This document shows, piece after piece, positions 8,625 through 16,639 of a stretch of DNA of 64,000 bases. The notes under the pieces are model-generated. The model saw only the letters and a list, made by a program, of their open reading frames with translations. It was not told the origin of the DNA and searched no databases. This DNA is from Minisyncoccota bacterium (lineage in GTDB: Bacteria > Patescibacteriota > Minisyncoccia > Minisyncoccales > RBG-13-42-11), in assembly GCA_016782605.1 (NCBI GenBank), contig JADHYE010000003.1, positions 6,852 through 70,851 of the forward strand, in the 5' to 3' direction. A program made the translations under genes and the position numbers. Numbering within the stretch: the first letter of the stretch is position 1; every line of letters starts with the position of its first letter.

Positions 8625-8853
8625 TGAAAAGAAGGCAATATACTAAGGTTAAGTACTCCTAGATTACAGTGTGTTGAAAGATTTTTCAAGTGTCTGCTGA
8701 GTCACTATTTTAGGCACGTGAATCAGGATAAACTACAATGATTTGACGGATTATCATTTCTTCCCATGAATTTATAATTTCTCCTGAAAAATCAAACCAT
8801 ACCTTTAAGAAATCATCCTTCTTGATAGTTCTTAGTGCTCCAATTTCATGGTC

Positions 8854-9225
8854 TTATAAATATATGTATTTATCATCCAGCCCAACCACGACAGAATAAT
8901 GTCCGTCAGCAACAATGGAATCTGCATGGTCAGAACGGCCCTTTGTAAACCAATCAACAATTACAGGGACTTTTTTATCAAGCCAACTAAGGATATTTTC
9001 AAACGTTGAGAAATTTTTAATTTCTACTTTAAAACCAAATGTTTCAGCGGCTCTTCTAATGTCTTTATCGGACGTTCCTAAATCTTTGTCTGTTTTACAA
9101 AGCTCAGCAATATCTTTTTCGGTCTTCTGTATGCCAAAATAATCTAAGACCATTTTTAAACAAGCTGGACCACACATACCAGCATTAAGAGTTTCTTGAA
9201 AAGGTTTTACGTTTAACAGATTCAT
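8854..9225 (-). CDS. C39-like (papain-fold) peptidase-domain protein, ended by an in-frame TAA
   Basis: LNAGMCGPACLKMVLDYFG is the catalytic-Cys context, followed by DGHYSVVVG. Protein-like sequence continues in frame past TAA 8854-8856 down to 8710. Confidence 0.6.
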   Translation of the reverse strand: MNLLNVKPFQETLNAGMCGPACLKMVLDYFGIQKTEKDIAELCKTDKDLGTSDKDIRRAAETFGFKVEIKNFSTFENILSWLDKKVPVIVDWFTKGRSDHADSIVADGHYSVVVGLDDKYIYL

Positions 9226-9241
9226 AATGGTGATTTTATTA

Positions 9242-9331
9242 GCTGGGGCTATGGGACGATGCCTGCACTGAGCAAGCGAAGCGAGTCGTAGTGCCTGCCC
9301 TGAGTCGCATCGAAGGGTTAGAACCTGTTTA
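9242..9331. repeat. R-repeat copy A (long form with internal duplication)
   Basis: GCTGGGGCTATGGGACGATGCCTGC...CCTGAGTCGCATCGAAGGGTTAGAACCTGTTTAA, with hairpin CGATGC/GCATCG. Confidence 0.85.
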
Positions 9332-9929
9332 ACCTAGTTATTATTTTTAATAATGAAGGGCTCCTTCCCTTCTCAATCTCTATTGCCGGATATTTATATT
9401 TCTTTGACTCTCCCTTGAGCCAGAGGTTAAATTGTATTACCCATTCTAACTCTTTTGGCTTAAGCCGATCGGGATACTTGCCGGCATCATCCCATAATCC
9501 AAATTTAAATATTCTATTCTCCAACTCTTTCTTGTTATCGTTTAACACAAAAATTGCCTTGATTGATTTATTTCTAGAAAAATCTTTTGAAACTAAATTG
9601 GGAAGAATAGCAACTCCCTCGATTATATAAGATTCCCAATTATAATCGCTTTTAATAAAACTTTTTACCCCTTTCCAAACATCAACGCTTTCTTTGTTTT
9701 GATCTTTTACAATTTGTTCTGGCGTATGACTCGGCAAATAGATTTCCGGTTTTCTCTCCAAAAAATGAAAAAGATTTGGATATTTTTTCTTGTCTGCTAC
9801 TTCCCTCATGAATTCTCTAATTGTATCTGTAGAAATCCAGGGAATACCTAATTTTTTTGAAAGCTCTTTGGCTAAAAAAGTTTTACCTGTTCTAGGTGCT
9901 CCCCCTATTAAAATAATTTTCTTTTTCAT
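9318..9929 (-). CDS. P-loop NTPase/kinase-like protein
   Basis: Walker A GGAPRTGKT sits at the N-terminus. The last 5 codons and the stop lie inside R-repeat copy A. Confidence 0.6.
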   Translation of the reverse strand: MKKKIILIGGAPRTGKTFLAKELSKKLGIPWISTDTIREFMREVADKKKYPNLFHFLERKPEIYLPSHTPEQIVKDQNKESVDVWKGVKSFIKSDYNWESYIIEGVAILPNLVSKDFSRNKSIKAIFVLNDNKKELENRIFKFGLWDDAGKYPDRLKPKELEWVIQFNLWLKGESKKYKYPAIEIEKGRSPSLLKIITRLNRF

Positions 9930-10019
9930 ATTTTTATTTTAACAAAAAACCGCCCCAATTACGAGACGACTCCTTGACGATTTATTAACTGATTTCAATA
10001 GATATCACTTGATGATAAA

Positions 10020-10077
10020 GCTGGGGTTATGGGACGATGCCTGCCCTGAGTCACATCGAAGGACTAGAACCTGTTTA
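10020..10077. repeat. R-repeat copy B
   Basis: GCTGGGGTTATGGGACGATGCCTGCCCTGAGTCACATCGAAGGACTAGAACCTGTTTA. Confidence 0.85.
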
Positions 10078-10080
10078 TTC

Positions 10081-10172
10081 GCAACCCCGGTCTAGAGCTG
10101 GGTCTTTAAGAGGAAATTCGGGGTCTTTTAGGCGTGTCTCATAACGCGTCTCGGTCAGGGGCATCCCGCTAT
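10081..10172 (-). repeat. GC-rich non-coding segment X1 (related to 11427-11566)
   Basis: Shares the block TTTAAG-GG-ATTCGGGG-CTTTT-GG...CGTCTCGGT with X2. Confidence 0.6.
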
Positions 10173-10232
10173 ATTCTTTAACAATTTCAAGTTTTTAGCG
10201 AGCGAAGCTCGCTAAATTTTGGCGGCAAATCC

Positions 10233-10916
10233 CTAATTTAATTCGTTCAAAAAAGAATACGACCCACCACAATGTTTAGTTGTTAACTCGCAAACTTCTT
10301 TAGCGGCGCTTCGGACATATTCCACATCTGTATTTGCGTTTCCTTCAATAATCATAAAGACATCGTTGCTTTCGGACGTAACTTTTGTCGGCTCAACCTG
10401 CAAAACTTCCAACCTACAAATCACATTATTACCATCATCAATATAACTATATTCGCCGGGGAATATAGCAACCGGCTCTGTTTTACCGAGGGGAACAAAA
10501 ATTTCATCGCCTTTTGTGAGCCGTAAAGTTATATTACCCTGCACTTTATCAATATCATGTGCTCCCAATGCCAAGCCCGTCTTTACGGAAACGAGATTGT
10601 AAATATCAACGAGAGTGTTGATGTGAGGAAAACGACCACGTTCGAGGAATAACCAGCGTAAGCCTTCTGGGGATGCAACATACTCTCGATTACTTCTACC
10701 AACTTTTGTATGTAAATCTCGGAAGCCGGCAAGAACGGGGTCATCTTTATATTTCTTACCCTCCCATTCTTGCTTAACTTTCTCTAACTCTGAATTTTTA
10801 TAGTTTTCGAATTCAGCGTTTAAGTCACTGTTCTGAACACCTACGATTCGGGCAGTAAGAATTTTTATTCCCAAATCCAAAACTTCTTTTGTAACTCTAA
10901 ATGATAAATCTCGCAT
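10233..10916 (-). CDS. B3/B4 tRNA-binding-domain protein (PheT-beta-related stand-alone)
   Basis: 227 aa with INTLVDIYNLVSVKTGLALGAHDIDKVQGNITLRL...GEYSYIDDGNNVICR..., the typical B3/B4 domain pattern. Confidence 0.7.
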   Translation of the reverse strand: MRDLSFRVTKEVLDLGIKILTARIVGVQNSDLNAEFENYKNSELEKVKQEWEGKKYKDDPVLAGFRDLHTKVGRSNREYVASPEGLRWLFLERGRFPHINTLVDIYNLVSVKTGLALGAHDIDKVQGNITLRLTKGDEIFVPLGKTEPVAIFPGEYSYIDDGNNVICRLEVLQVEPTKVTSESNDVFMIIEGNANTDVEYVRSAAKEVCELTTKHCGGSYSFLNELN

Positions 10917-10959
10917 AAAATTATTTTATCAATTCTTTTTTTAGCTATATCCCAACTGA

Positions 10960-10992
10960 CTGGGGCTATGGGACGATGTTGGAACCTTTTTA
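10960..10992. repeat. R-repeat short form S1
   Basis: CTGGGGCTATGGGACGATGTTGGAACCTTTTTA, the long form minus its internal hairpin. Confidence 0.75.
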
Positions 10993-11003
10993 AGATAAAA
11001 AGG

Positions 11004-11378
11004 CTATTCGGACTGCACAAGGTTAAATTCGTTGCCATCCGGGTCAGTAAAAACTGCCTTATATTGACCCCAGGATCTTTTTGAAATTTCTTCAACCAAT
11101 TTTACGTTTTTTGATTTTAATTTATCTACAGTTTTTTTAATATCTTTAGTCTTAAAGATTATTGGATTTCGTCCCCCAATTTTTACCGTGTCCCAGCCTT
11201 CACCCCAATTAGGGCAAGGAGTTTCAATATAAAATTTAACATCACCTAATTTCATAAGTAAACACTTGATATCTGGATATTCTTCTATTAACTCCATACC
11301 AAGAATTTCAGAATACCATTTTTTTGATTTTTCTATGTCTGAAACGAAAATTTGGATTGAATCAAGTTCTAATTCCAT
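11004..11378 (-). CDS. VOC/glyoxalase-bleomycin-resistance family protein
   Basis: 124 aa with IFVSDIEKSKKWYSEILGMEL... and FTDPDGNEFNLVQ, the paired beta-alpha-beta-beta-beta pattern. Confidence 0.75.
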   Translation of the reverse strand: MELELDSIQIFVSDIEKSKKWYSEILGMELIEEYPDIKCLLMKLGDVKFYIETPCPNWGEGWDTVKIGGRNPIIFKTKDIKKTVDKLKSKNVKLVEEISKRSWGQYKAVFTDPDGNEFNLVQSE

Positions 11379-11409
11379 ATTTCAATTCTACCAAAAAACT
11401 GTCTTTTTG

Positions 11410-11440
11410 GCGATAAATAAAAACTGCCCAGCGATGGGCG
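11410..11440 (-). terminator. intrinsic terminator-like hairpin at the end of X2
   Basis: On the minus strand, GCCCA-TCGC-TGGGC is followed by AGTTTTTATTTAT. Confidence 0.5.
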
Positions 11441-11566
11441 GTTTTTGACGCGGCTCGGTCACACGAACCAAGCACTAGAGAGCTGGCATCCTCGGTCCAG
11501 AACCGAGGTTTTAAGGGTGATTTCGGGGCTTTTGGGGCTATCTTACCGACCCGTCTCGGTTGAGCC
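11427..11566 (-). ncRNA. GC-rich non-coding segment X2 (candidate small RNA or cassette boundary)
   Basis: Repeat family shared with 10081-10172. Contains hairpin CCTCGGT-TCTGG-ACCGAGG and a terminator-like 3' end. The only ORF (11362-11568) looks spurious. Confidence 0.35.
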
Positions 11567-11575
11567 ATAATAATT

Positions 11576-12085
11576 TTATTTAGGACGGTTTAACAAATTC
11601 TCGTGTATACGAACCATCATTTCTTCCCACTTAATGTTATTAATCAATGAGTTTCTGAAGGAATCAATATGCCAACCTCTGTTAAAAATCGAGGCTAATT
11701 CTTTTCGTCCAGTCTTGGGCCCGTAACGACAAATCGAAAGTAGTTTTTCAAAATCAGTACCACTCCTATACGTAATAGTTTTCGTGTATAGATCATCTCC
11801 TTACCCCACAATAGTTTGCATAATTGGTCTAACTTTTCTAAATTTATAAGCGTGGTTTTTGTAAAGTTTTTTATCGGGTGTGGTCTTTCGCACCCAACTG
11901 ATTAATTCTTCTTTACCTATTTGTATATGTTCTTGGGCAATGAGTAACAATAGGATATGCACGCCATTTTGAACAGGACATGGGAATTTGTCAGCAGCTT
12001 TAAGATAATAACAAGCATTCGCTATATGATCTTTAATTGAAATAGGGACAGTGTTCATATGACTAATATTGAGTGCTGGCCACAT
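11576..12085 (-). pseudogene. hypothetical gene interrupted by in-frame TAA (11801-11803)
   Basis: ORF 11801-12085 ends ...MQTIVG-TAA. The same frame continues GDDLYTKTITYRSGTDFEKLLSICRYGPKTGRKELASIFNRGWHIDSFRNSLINNIKWEEMMVRIHENLLNRPK to TAA 11576-11578. Confidence 0.5.
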
Positions 12086-12118
12086 GGGACTATGTTGGAA
12101 CCTTTTTAAATTAAAAAC
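12076..12118. repeat. R-repeat short form S2
   Basis: CTGGCCACATGGGACTATGTTGGAACCTTTTTAAA. Confidence 0.7.
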
Positions 12119-12137
12119 CCAGCCATAAAGCTGATCC

Positions 12138-12353
12138 TTATTTTTTATAAATTTTCATATCACATTTTTCTTCTGGATTTTCAAAAACAGAACAATCATA
12201 ATTTCCGTAATTTCCATTTTTACATTTTATCAATTCTTCTTTTTCAACTTCTACACATTTATTATATCTATAATGATTTATTATTAAGGGAACGAATAAA
12301 AATATAATAATTATAATTAGCCAATATTTATATTTCTTAATTTTTTCTTTCAT
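12138..12353 (-). CDS. small membrane-anchored Cys-containing protein
   Basis: 71 aa with one N-terminal TM helix and 3 Cys in the C-terminal part. Confidence 0.35.
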   Translation of the reverse strand: MKEKIKKYKYWLIIIIIFLFVPLIINHYRYNKCVEVEKEELIKCKNGNYGNYDCSVFENPEEKCDMKIYKK

Positions 12354-12390
12354 TAATTTATTTAATTAATTTTAATTTCTTATCTCTTCT

Positions 12391-12594
12391 CTACCCCTTA
12401 ATTTGTCTTTCTCGCGCCAATGCTTCTTTTTGTGTTGGATATTCTTCTTTGTAAATAATCTTCGCTGCATTATGGCTACTAGTATAATGTCCTCCTTTTT
12501 TATTCTTATGTTTTAAAAACCTTCTTTCTATATTATTAGTAACGCCAGTATAAATACTATTATCGTCACAAAGAAGAAGGTAGAGATAATACAT
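12391..12594 (-). CDS. GIY-YIG nuclease-domain protein (second, divergent copy)
   Basis: MYYLYLLLCDDNSIYTGVTNNIERRFLKHKN... I chose ATG 12594 because it is homologous to the start of 8206-8457; the longer tracked ORF runs into the hairpin spacer. Confidence 0.8.
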   Translation of the reverse strand: MYYLYLLLCDDNSIYTGVTNNIERRFLKHKNKKGGHYTSSHNAAKIIYKEEYPTQKEALARERQIKG

Positions 12595-12676
12595 ATTGAA
12601 AGCGAAACGTTTAAATTTGCAAAGCAAATTTAAACGTTTCAGCAACGTAAAAATTTCTCTGAAATTTTGTACGTTG
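12595..12676 (-). repeat. conserved double-hairpin spacer between tRNA-Ser and GIY-YIG, copy 2
   Basis: Near-identical to 8458-8540. Contains the perfect 17-bp palindrome GAAACGTTTAAATTTGC/GCAAATTTAAACGTTTC. Confidence 0.85.
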
Positions 12677-12764
12677 CGGAGGAGGTGGGACTCGAACCCA
12701 CGGACGGCGTTTTAAACCGTCAGAGATTAGCAATCTCCTGCAATAGCCACTATGCGACTCCTCC
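12677..12764 (-). tRNA. tRNA-Ser(GCT)
   Basis: Acceptor GGAGGAG/CTCCTCC, loop TTGCTAA, long variable arm and T-arm GTGGG-TTCGAGT-CCCAC. Confidence 0.9.
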
Positions 12765-12842
12765 AACTGTCTTCTATTCTACATTCAAAAACAATAAAAG
12801 TCAATTTGAATTTAAGCTAAAATTATGATAATTTTGAGATAC

Positions 12843-12915
12843 GCCCCCATAGTTTAATGGATAAAATGCAAGGTCGCGAACCTTGTGACTGTAGGTTCGA
12901 ATCCTACTGGGGGCA
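12843..12915 (+). tRNA. tRNA-Arg(GCG), with C at position 33
   Basis: 73 nt with acceptor GCCCCCA/TGGGGGC, anticodon stem CAAGG/CCTTG and loop TCGCGAA. Confidence 0.75.
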
Positions 12916-12916
12916 C

Positions 12917-15022
12917 ATGCAATTATCTACTCCCATTGAAGAAATTCCTCGGGTCGGACCGCAAATCCAAAAGAAACTAAGGAGGCTCGGCATTAAAACC
13001 GTAAAAGACCTTATTTTTCATTTTCCTCACCGCTATGAGGATTTTTCAAATATTATCCCTATTTCTGAAATACAACAAAACCAAACAGTTTCTACAAAAG
13101 GGAAAATTCTGGACATTAAAAACATCAGGACTTTCAGAAAAAGAATGACTTTAACCCAGGCCTTAATCGGCGATGAAACAGGACAGATTCAGGTTATGTG
13201 GTTTAACCAGCCCTATTTGATAAACACTTTCAAAAAGGGTGATTTTTTATTTCTCTCTGGAAAAACAAATAAAAAAGGAAGTAAGACATATTTGTCGTCT
13301 CCAGCTTACGAAAGAATATCAGATATCAACCTTAACCATTCTGATTTAACCCACACAGGCAGACTGGTGCCTGTTTATCCCGGGACCGAAGGATTGTCTT
13401 CGAGATGGCTGAGATTCCTGATCAAGCCTATTTTAATGAGAATGAGGAATGAGATTAAAGACGCTCTGCCAAAAGAATTAAAAACAAAATACAAACTGCT
13501 TGATTTTAAAACAGCTATCTGGCAAATTCATTTCCCGGATTCGTTAAAAGAAGCAGAAACAGCTAAAAAGAGATTTGTTTTTGAAGAATTGATTATCCTT
13601 TCTCTTTTCATTCTGAATGAAAGATTGAAAATGAGACAGGAAAAAGCTTTTGCCATACCAATAGACCTTAAACTGGTCCAAGAATTCGCAAAAAACTTGC
13701 CTTTCCAATTGACTGACGACCAGAGAAAGGCCAGCTGGCAGATTTTAAAAGACCTGGAAAAGCCAAGGCCGATGAACCGTCTTTTGGAAGGAGATGTCGG
13801 CTCTGGCAAAACAGTAGTCTCAGCTATGGCTGCCCTTAATACAGCCAAAGCTGGCTTCCAGACAGTTTTTATGGCGCCGACAGAAATCCTGGTAAAACAG
13901 CACTATCATACTTTCAATATTGCTCTTAAAAAATACCGATTGAAAATAGGACTGATAACCGGAAAGGAAAATAGATTACAAAATAAAAAAGTAAAGAGAA
14001 AAGACATTCTTGAAAAAGCAAGCAAAGGGAAAATTGACATTTTAATAGGCACTCACGCTTTAATCCAAAAAGAAGTGAAATTCGGAAAATTAGCTTTGGT
14101 CATTATTGACGAGCAGCACCGATTCGGTATAGACCAAAGAGCAAAGCTTTGCCAAAATCAGCAAACTAAAACAATTCCCCATTTATTATCAATGACCGCT
14201 ACTCCCATTCCGAGAACTCTCACTTTAACCATTTACGGAGACCTGGATCTTTCTTTGATCAAAGAACTGCCGAAAGGAAGAAAGAAAATTATCACCGAAA
14301 TAGTTCCGCCTTTAGCCAGAAAAAAAGCTTACGATTTCATCAGAGAACAGATTAAAAAAGGAAGGCAGGTGTTCGTCATCTGTCCGAGGATAGAGCCGAC
14401 AAAAAGCGAAAATGGAAAAGCGACAAACTGGGACGAAGTCAAAGCGGTCAAAGAAGAATATGAAAAGCTAAAAAAAGAAATCTTTCCTGAATTCAAAATA
14501 GCTATGCTCCACGGCAAGATGAAGAACGAAGAAAAAGAAAGAATAATGAAAAAGTTTAAAAACGGCAAAACAGACATTCTTGTTTCTACCTCTGTCATTG
14601 AGGTTGGTATTGATATCCCCAATGCAAGCGTCATGGCTATTGAAGGCGCTGATAAGTTTGGTTTGGCCCAGCTCCATCAATTCAGAGGAAGGGTTGGCAG
14701 AGGCAAAGAACAATCCTTCTGCCTTTTTTTAACCGACTTCCAATCTCAAACCGTAAACAGAAGATTAAAAGCATTAATAAAATGCGAAAACGGGTTTGAT
14801 TTGGCAGAAAAGGACTTGGTTATCAGAGGGCCTGGAGACTTGTCTGGACAAAGGCAGTGGGGAGTGCCTGATATGACCATGGCTGCTTTAAAAAACATTG
14901 AAATGGTTGAGGAAGCGAGGAACGAAGCAAAGGCAATTCTGCAAAATGATCCTGAAATGAAAAAAAATCCGCTCTTGCGGACAAAACTCGAGGAATTCCA
15001 AAGAAGAATTCATTTGGAATAA
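12917..15022 (+). CDS. recG: ATP-dependent DNA helicase RecG
   Basis: GDVGSGKT, DEQHRFG, TATPIPRT and QLHQFRGRVGRG. The start was moved to ATG 12917 because the tracked ORF begins inside the tRNA. Confidence 0.9.
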   Translation: MQLSTPIEEIPRVGPQIQKKLRRLGIKTVKDLIFHFPHRYEDFSNIIPISEIQQNQTVSTKGKILDIKNIRTFRKRMTLTQALIGDETGQIQVMWFNQPYLINTFKKGDFLFLSGKTNKKGSKTYLSSPAYERISDINLNHSDLTHTGRLVPVYPGTEGLSSRWLRFLIKPILMRMRNEIKDALPKELKTKYKLLDFKTAIWQIHFPDSLKEAETAKKRFVFEELIILSLFILNERLKMRQEKAFAIPIDLKLVQEFAKNLPFQLTDDQRKASWQILKDLEKPRPMNRLLEGDVGSGKTVVSAMAALNTAKAGFQTVFMAPTEILVKQHYHTFNIALKKYRLKIGLITGKENRLQNKKVKRKDILEKASKGKIDILIGTHALIQKEVKFGKLALVIIDEQHRFGIDQRAKLCQNQQTKTIPHLLSMTATPIPRTLTLTIYGDLDLSLIKELPKGRKKIITEIVPPLARKKAYDFIREQIKKGRQVFVICPRIEPTKSENGKATNWDEVKAVKEEYEKLKKEIFPEFKIAMLHGKMKNEEKERIMKKFKNGKTDILVSTSVIEVGIDIPNASVMAIEGADKFGLAQLHQFRGRVGRGKEQSFCLFLTDFQSQTVNRRLKALIKCENGFDLAEKDLVIRGPGDLSGQRQWGVPDMTMAALKNIEMVEEARNEAKAILQNDPEMKKNPLLRTKLEEFQRRIHLE

Positions 15023-15111
15023 ACCCCGTACCACTTTGCAATAATCTTATACCCAAAAACCAAAATTATGGCTGATGAGTTTTGAATTATGACAAAGTGG
15101 TGCGGGGTAAA

Positions 15112-16638
15112 TCATTTTCTTATTTTTTCCGTTACCCAGAAACCCAGATATTTCCTGAAAGCTAATCTTGTTTGCGATTCCAAAGCAGGAAAAGCGCCAA
15201 AAACTATCAGGGTAACGGGCATTAAAAGCCACTGGAAAAACATTGAAACATTTTTCCATCTGCTCAATCCTTTCGGCCTGGGCGGCAGCAAAAGCAAGCT
15301 GGTAATGGCTGAAATAACTATACCAACCATGGCAGCTGTCATAATAAAACTGGTTAATTTGGGCAAGTTGTATGACAAAAGACTGGTTTTAAAGTGCTCT
15401 CCGCCGATCATCAAAGGCAGCCAGCCCAAAAGAAAAATAATCAGAGTAGCTACTGCCCAAGACCAGAATCCGTCCAGGATAACGAAAGCATGGCGGATTT
15501 TTTCTTTTGATGGGATTTTTTTGTTTTTCAGAAAGTTAAAAAAGATATATGGGATGTTTTCGCAGCCCCAGGCCCATCTCCTCTGCTGCTTGTACTGGTT
15601 TACAGCTGTCTTTTTTAAATTTTCTGCCAAAACAGCGTCCATAGAAACAGGATAATATAAAGGAACGACTTTGTAGTCTCCATTGTAAAAAAGATAGGCC
15701 TTCCAAAAAATGCGCGAATCATCGGAAGTCATATTATATGGATAGCCGACTTCCTCTAAAACCCTGAATGGTATTGAATGGGAAGAATAAGTTACCAGCT
15801 GCTCCGGCCTTTGCTGCTGCATCATCTGCCAGAAAGTTCCGGAGGTGGCAATGACCCTGGAAAAAGCAGGCGCCTGCCAGATATTGTTGTTGTAAACGGG
15901 AATCGGCTGGAAACTGCTTCTTAAAGGATTATCCGTTGTCAAATAATGCCAGGTTAAAACTGCGAAATACTGAGGATAGGGCCTTGTGTCTACGTCAAAA
16001 TTGGAAACAATAATATTGTCTTGAGAAAAAGATGCTTTATCAATGATTGATTCTTTTACCTTTTTAATGGCCCAAGCAACATTGGAACCTTTGCCCGCGA
16101 TCTCGCCTTTTATGTCTTTGGGATGAAAAGTTACTAAAAACTTGAAAAACTTTTCGCCAAACTCTTTTTCAATCTGTTCGGCTGTTTTTCTAGCTGTTTC
16201 TCCTCCTCTTTCTTCAACCGCCAAAACAACAATCATTTTGTCTTTTGGATAATTTGAATCAAGCAAAGCCTCAAAAGAAGGCTTAATAACCCCATAACTC
16301 TCTTTATATGTCGGCAAGATAATAAGATGGTAAATATCCTGCCATTTATCAATCTTTTCCACTTTTTCCAACCAGTTAATTGAAAGATTTTTTCTCATCA
16401 GCTTATAGCTGGCTGACTGGTGAAAAGCAAGATATAAAACCCTTAACAGCCAGAAGCAGTCAAAAACAATGATAAAAACAGCTACCACAGCCGGGTTCAG
16501 CCAGGAAAAAACAAAAGCTAAAAAAAGAGTCCCCCAAGAAAGCAAGGCGGGCAAAAATTCAAAACATCTATAAATTAATCTCTCTTTAGGATTTTCCAAA
16601 TCTAAGGACGATGAGAGATTCAAATAGTTATTTTTCAT
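15112..16638 (-). CDS. membrane-embedded family-2 glycosyltransferase (processive synthase-like)
   Basis: 508 aa with TM helices at both ends, a central GT-A region (NFDVDT) and the QxxRW-type motif QQRRWAWG. Confidence 0.7.
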   Translation of the reverse strand: MKNNYLNLSSSLDLENPKERLIYRCFEFLPALLSWGTLFLAFVFSWLNPAVVAVFIIVFDCFWLLRVLYLAFHQSASYKLMRKNLSINWLEKVEKIDKWQDIYHLIILPTYKESYGVIKPSFEALLDSNYPKDKMIVVLAVEERGGETARKTAEQIEKEFGEKFFKFLVTFHPKDIKGEIAGKGSNVAWAIKKVKESIIDKASFSQDNIIVSNFDVDTRPYPQYFAVLTWHYLTTDNPLRSSFQPIPVYNNNIWQAPAFSRVIATSGTFWQMMQQQRPEQLVTYSSHSIPFRVLEEVGYPYNMTSDDSRIFWKAYLFYNGDYKVVPLYYPVSMDAVLAENLKKTAVNQYKQQRRWAWGCENIPYIFFNFLKNKKIPSKEKIRHAFVILDGFWSWAVATLIIFLLGWLPLMIGGEHFKTSLLSYNLPKLTSFIMTAAMVGIVISAITSLLLLPPRPKGLSRWKNVSMFFQWLLMPVTLIVFGAFPALESQTRLAFRKYLGFWVTEKIRK

Positions 16639-16639
16639 G

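Noticed and set aside
8060-8720. Possible direct repeat flanking the first GIY-YIG/tRNA-Ser module (8060-8200 versus 8631-8720; shared GGTTAAGTAC and GTCACTA blocks)
   Set aside because: Similarity is limited to a few short words with different spacing, so it is not convincing without an alignment statistic.
9280-9320. Hammerhead-like CTGAGTC...GAA in the R repeat, and an anticodon-loop-like TTCTAAC (CTA) suggesting a suppressor tRNA
   Set aside because: The flanking helices do not give a hammerhead core or a cloverleaf. There is no T-loop and no acceptor pairing.
8710-12085. Reassignment of TAA to a sense codon as the explanation for the two in-frame TAAs
   Set aside because: TAA terminates well-conserved core genes in the same window (for example recG at 15020-15022 and rpsA at 27647-27649). 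No tRNA with a TTA anticodon is seen. Pseudogenisation or foreign origin is more economical.
9242-12118. R repeats interpreted as integron attC sites
   Set aside because: TTCTAAC only approximates the RYYYAAC core. No paired GTTRRRY core lies at a consistent distance; the single GTTAAAC inside ORF 8854-9225 is expected by chance. No extrahelical-base architecture is evident, and no integrase is in the window. The idea is kept only as a layout analogy.
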